Below, one piece after another: positions 63,090 to 64,000 of a DNA stretch of 64,000 bases (positions are counted from its first letter, which is position 1; each line of letters opens with the position of its first letter). Source of the DNA: an uncultured Acidobacteriota bacterium (GTDB lineage Bacteria > Acidobacteriota > UBA6911). The stretch is from NCBI GenBank assembly GCA_964534795.1, contig CAZHQK010000128.1, positions 70,091 to 134,090 of the forward strand, written 5' to 3'. Both the position numbers and the translations under genes were made by a program. A model generated the notes under the pieces. It searched no databases. It had not been told where the DNA came from and was given only the letters and a program-made list of their open reading frames with translations.

Positions 63090-64000
63090 TTACGGTCCGG
63101 TCTGGACGGCGGCGAGCGCCTTCCCTCCTTCGACGATCCCCTTGTTGACCAGCACCTTGACCTCGACACGCCGGTTTTCTGCCCGACCCGACCGGGTGGC
63201 GTTGTCGGCCACGGGATTCGTGGCACCGAAGCCGAACGGCGTGATGATGCGCCGCAGCGGCACCTGATGATTGAGCACCAGGTACTGCACGACCGCGTCG
63301 GCGCGCCTGCGGCTGAGCAGGAGGTTGTATTCCGGATTGCCTTCGGCCGAAGCGAAACCGTCGACCTCGAGCATGTACCCCTTCTCGTTCTTGGCCTCCT
63401 GCGCAAGCCGGTCGAGCGCCTCTTTGGCCTCGGCGCTGAGTACGGCGCTTCCCGCCTTGAAGCGCACCACCGTGCCGCCCATCACCTCGTAGTCATCGAG
63501 AGCGGTGATCCGATTGTTGACCTGGACCTGGTTCTCCGTAATGCGCAGGTTGGCCTCGCGCAAACCGGCCAGCGCCTGATCGGCAGTCTCCTGTGCGGCC
63601 TTGGCGCCCCCGCGCGCCGCGTTCGATATCGCGTTCAGCTCCTCGAGCTGTCCCGACATGTGCCTGGCATTCTCCTCGTTCTCGGCCAGCCGGGCATTGG
63701 TCTGCCTGAGCTCGCTCTCCACGGGGCTGACCCGCGCCTCCACCACCCGCGCGGTCGCCAGCTCATCCTGGGTAAAACGGATCCTGGAGGCGGCCAGCCT
63801 GCCTTCGCCGTCTCCCCGCCCCTCCACCTCGACCCTCAGGCCGCGCAACAACTGCGTTACGGCGTAATTCCGGGCCCTGCGGAAGGGATTGGCCTTCCTT
63901 TCCCTGACCTCGGTCAAGTCGGTGAGTGCAATCACCACGTCGCGCCCGCCAGCATCGACTATCGTCAGGGTGTCGGCGTCGCGCTTGACAATGACGCCTT
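63090..64000 (-). CDS. OmpA-family protein (coiled-coil region plus C-terminal OmpA peptidoglycan-binding domain), N-terminus outside window
   Basis: C-terminus ...GFASAEGNPEYNLLLSRRRADAVVQYL...FGFGATNPVADNATRSGRAENRRVEVKV is the OmpA_C signature. The reading frame stays open upstream to the window edge. Confidence 0.7.
   Translation of the reverse strand, partial: GVIVKRDADTLTIVDAGGRDVVIALTDLTEVRERKANPFRRARNYAVTQLLRGLRVEVEGRGDGEGRLAASRIRFTQDELATARVVEARVSPVESELRQTNARLAENEENARHMSGQLEELNAISNAARGGAKAAQETADQALAGLREANLRITENQVQVNNRITALDDYEVMGGTVVRFKAGSAVLSAEAKEALDRLAQEAKNEKGYMLEVDGFASAEGNPEYNLLLSRRRADAVVQYLVLNHQVPLRRIITPFGFGATNPVADNATRSGRAENRRVEVKVLVNKGIVEGGKALAAVQTGP

Noticed and set aside
62580-63090. 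RNase P RNA or tmRNA in the long intergenic region
   Set aside because: A weak resemblance (AATCCGGGCTGCTCC vs the P4 'AAAGUCCGGGCUCC') does not extend to other universally conserved RNase P blocks. A full-length RNase P would have to run into the OmpA coding sequence. No tmRNA tag ORF or acceptor pairing was found.

Overview
This 64-kb window comes from a high-GC (about 65-70%) bacterial chromosome, possibly Acidobacteria, Rokubacteria or Deltaproteobacteria, though I cannot tell which. It is gene-dense, and about 52 protein-coding genes on both strands can be supported from the six-frame track by recognisable domain motifs. I found no rRNA or tRNA genes, no CRISPR array and no obvious IS or transposase.

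Main content, from start to end:
- Partial Zn alcohol dehydrogenase, aroD, a 3-hydroxyisobutyrate-dehydrogenase-family oxidoreductase, ApbE, a MaoC-like hotdog protein, a cytidylate-kinase-like protein and hpt.
- A GT39 (ArnT/PMT-like) glycosyltransferase, a small membrane protein and a DUF1624/HGSNAT-like acyltransferase.
- Aconitase A, trmL and a thioredoxin-fold protein.
- A Phd/YefM-PIN(VapC) toxin-antitoxin pair, with a promoter/operator I can read directly in the sequence.
- A beta-lactamase-family gene broken by an internal deletion plus frameshift (pseudogene).
- An unusual HAD-phosphatase::PurM-like (AIR-synthase-related) fusion protein.
- An MsbA-like ABC exporter and a tricorn protease.
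- A secreted CocE/NonD (S15) hydrolase and a 4HBT thioesterase.
- A PilZ protein with a membrane protein, lying divergent from a complete hypA-B-F-C-D-E [NiFe]-hydrogenase maturation operon. No hydrogenase structural genes are in the window.
- An ArsR/SmtB regulator, an aspartate aminotransferase and pckA.
- A lower-GC islet (about 36.9-40.8 kb) encoding a DUF3592-ankyrin membrane protein, a small secreted protein, a signal-peptide-less LysM plus peptidoglycan-binding protein, and an MBL-fold protein with an unknown C-terminal domain.
- An APC amino-acid permease, an NrnA-like DHH phosphoesterase, a membrane-anchored heptaheme c-type cytochrome, ogt and ligA.
- A roughly 1480-aa secreted M64 (IgA-peptidase-like) metalloprotease next to a dCache histidine kinase and a REC-only response regulator.
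- A CBS-pair protein, a DASS/SLC13 transporter, a YeiH-family transporter, an M19 dipeptidase, thrC, a rhomboid protease and a partial OmpA-family protein.

The most interesting non-genic signals are:
- a REP/BIME-like palindromic element (core GGGACGCTCACC / GGKGAGCGTCCC with GAAAAT / RTTTTC flanks) present as inverted pairs at two distant 3' intergenic sites;
- a near-perfect 32-bp hairpin at 8.3 kb;
- a roughly 600-bp convergent intergenic region after the rhomboid gene, with heptad TCAGC repeats and extensive predicted secondary structure (candidate ncRNA).

I did not find a convincing, clearly novel multi-gene 'system'. The candidates worth follow-up are the HAD::PurM fusion, the lower-GC islet (LysM/PGB plus MBL proteins) and the repeat family. 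All family assignments are from motif recognition by eye, not from database searches.
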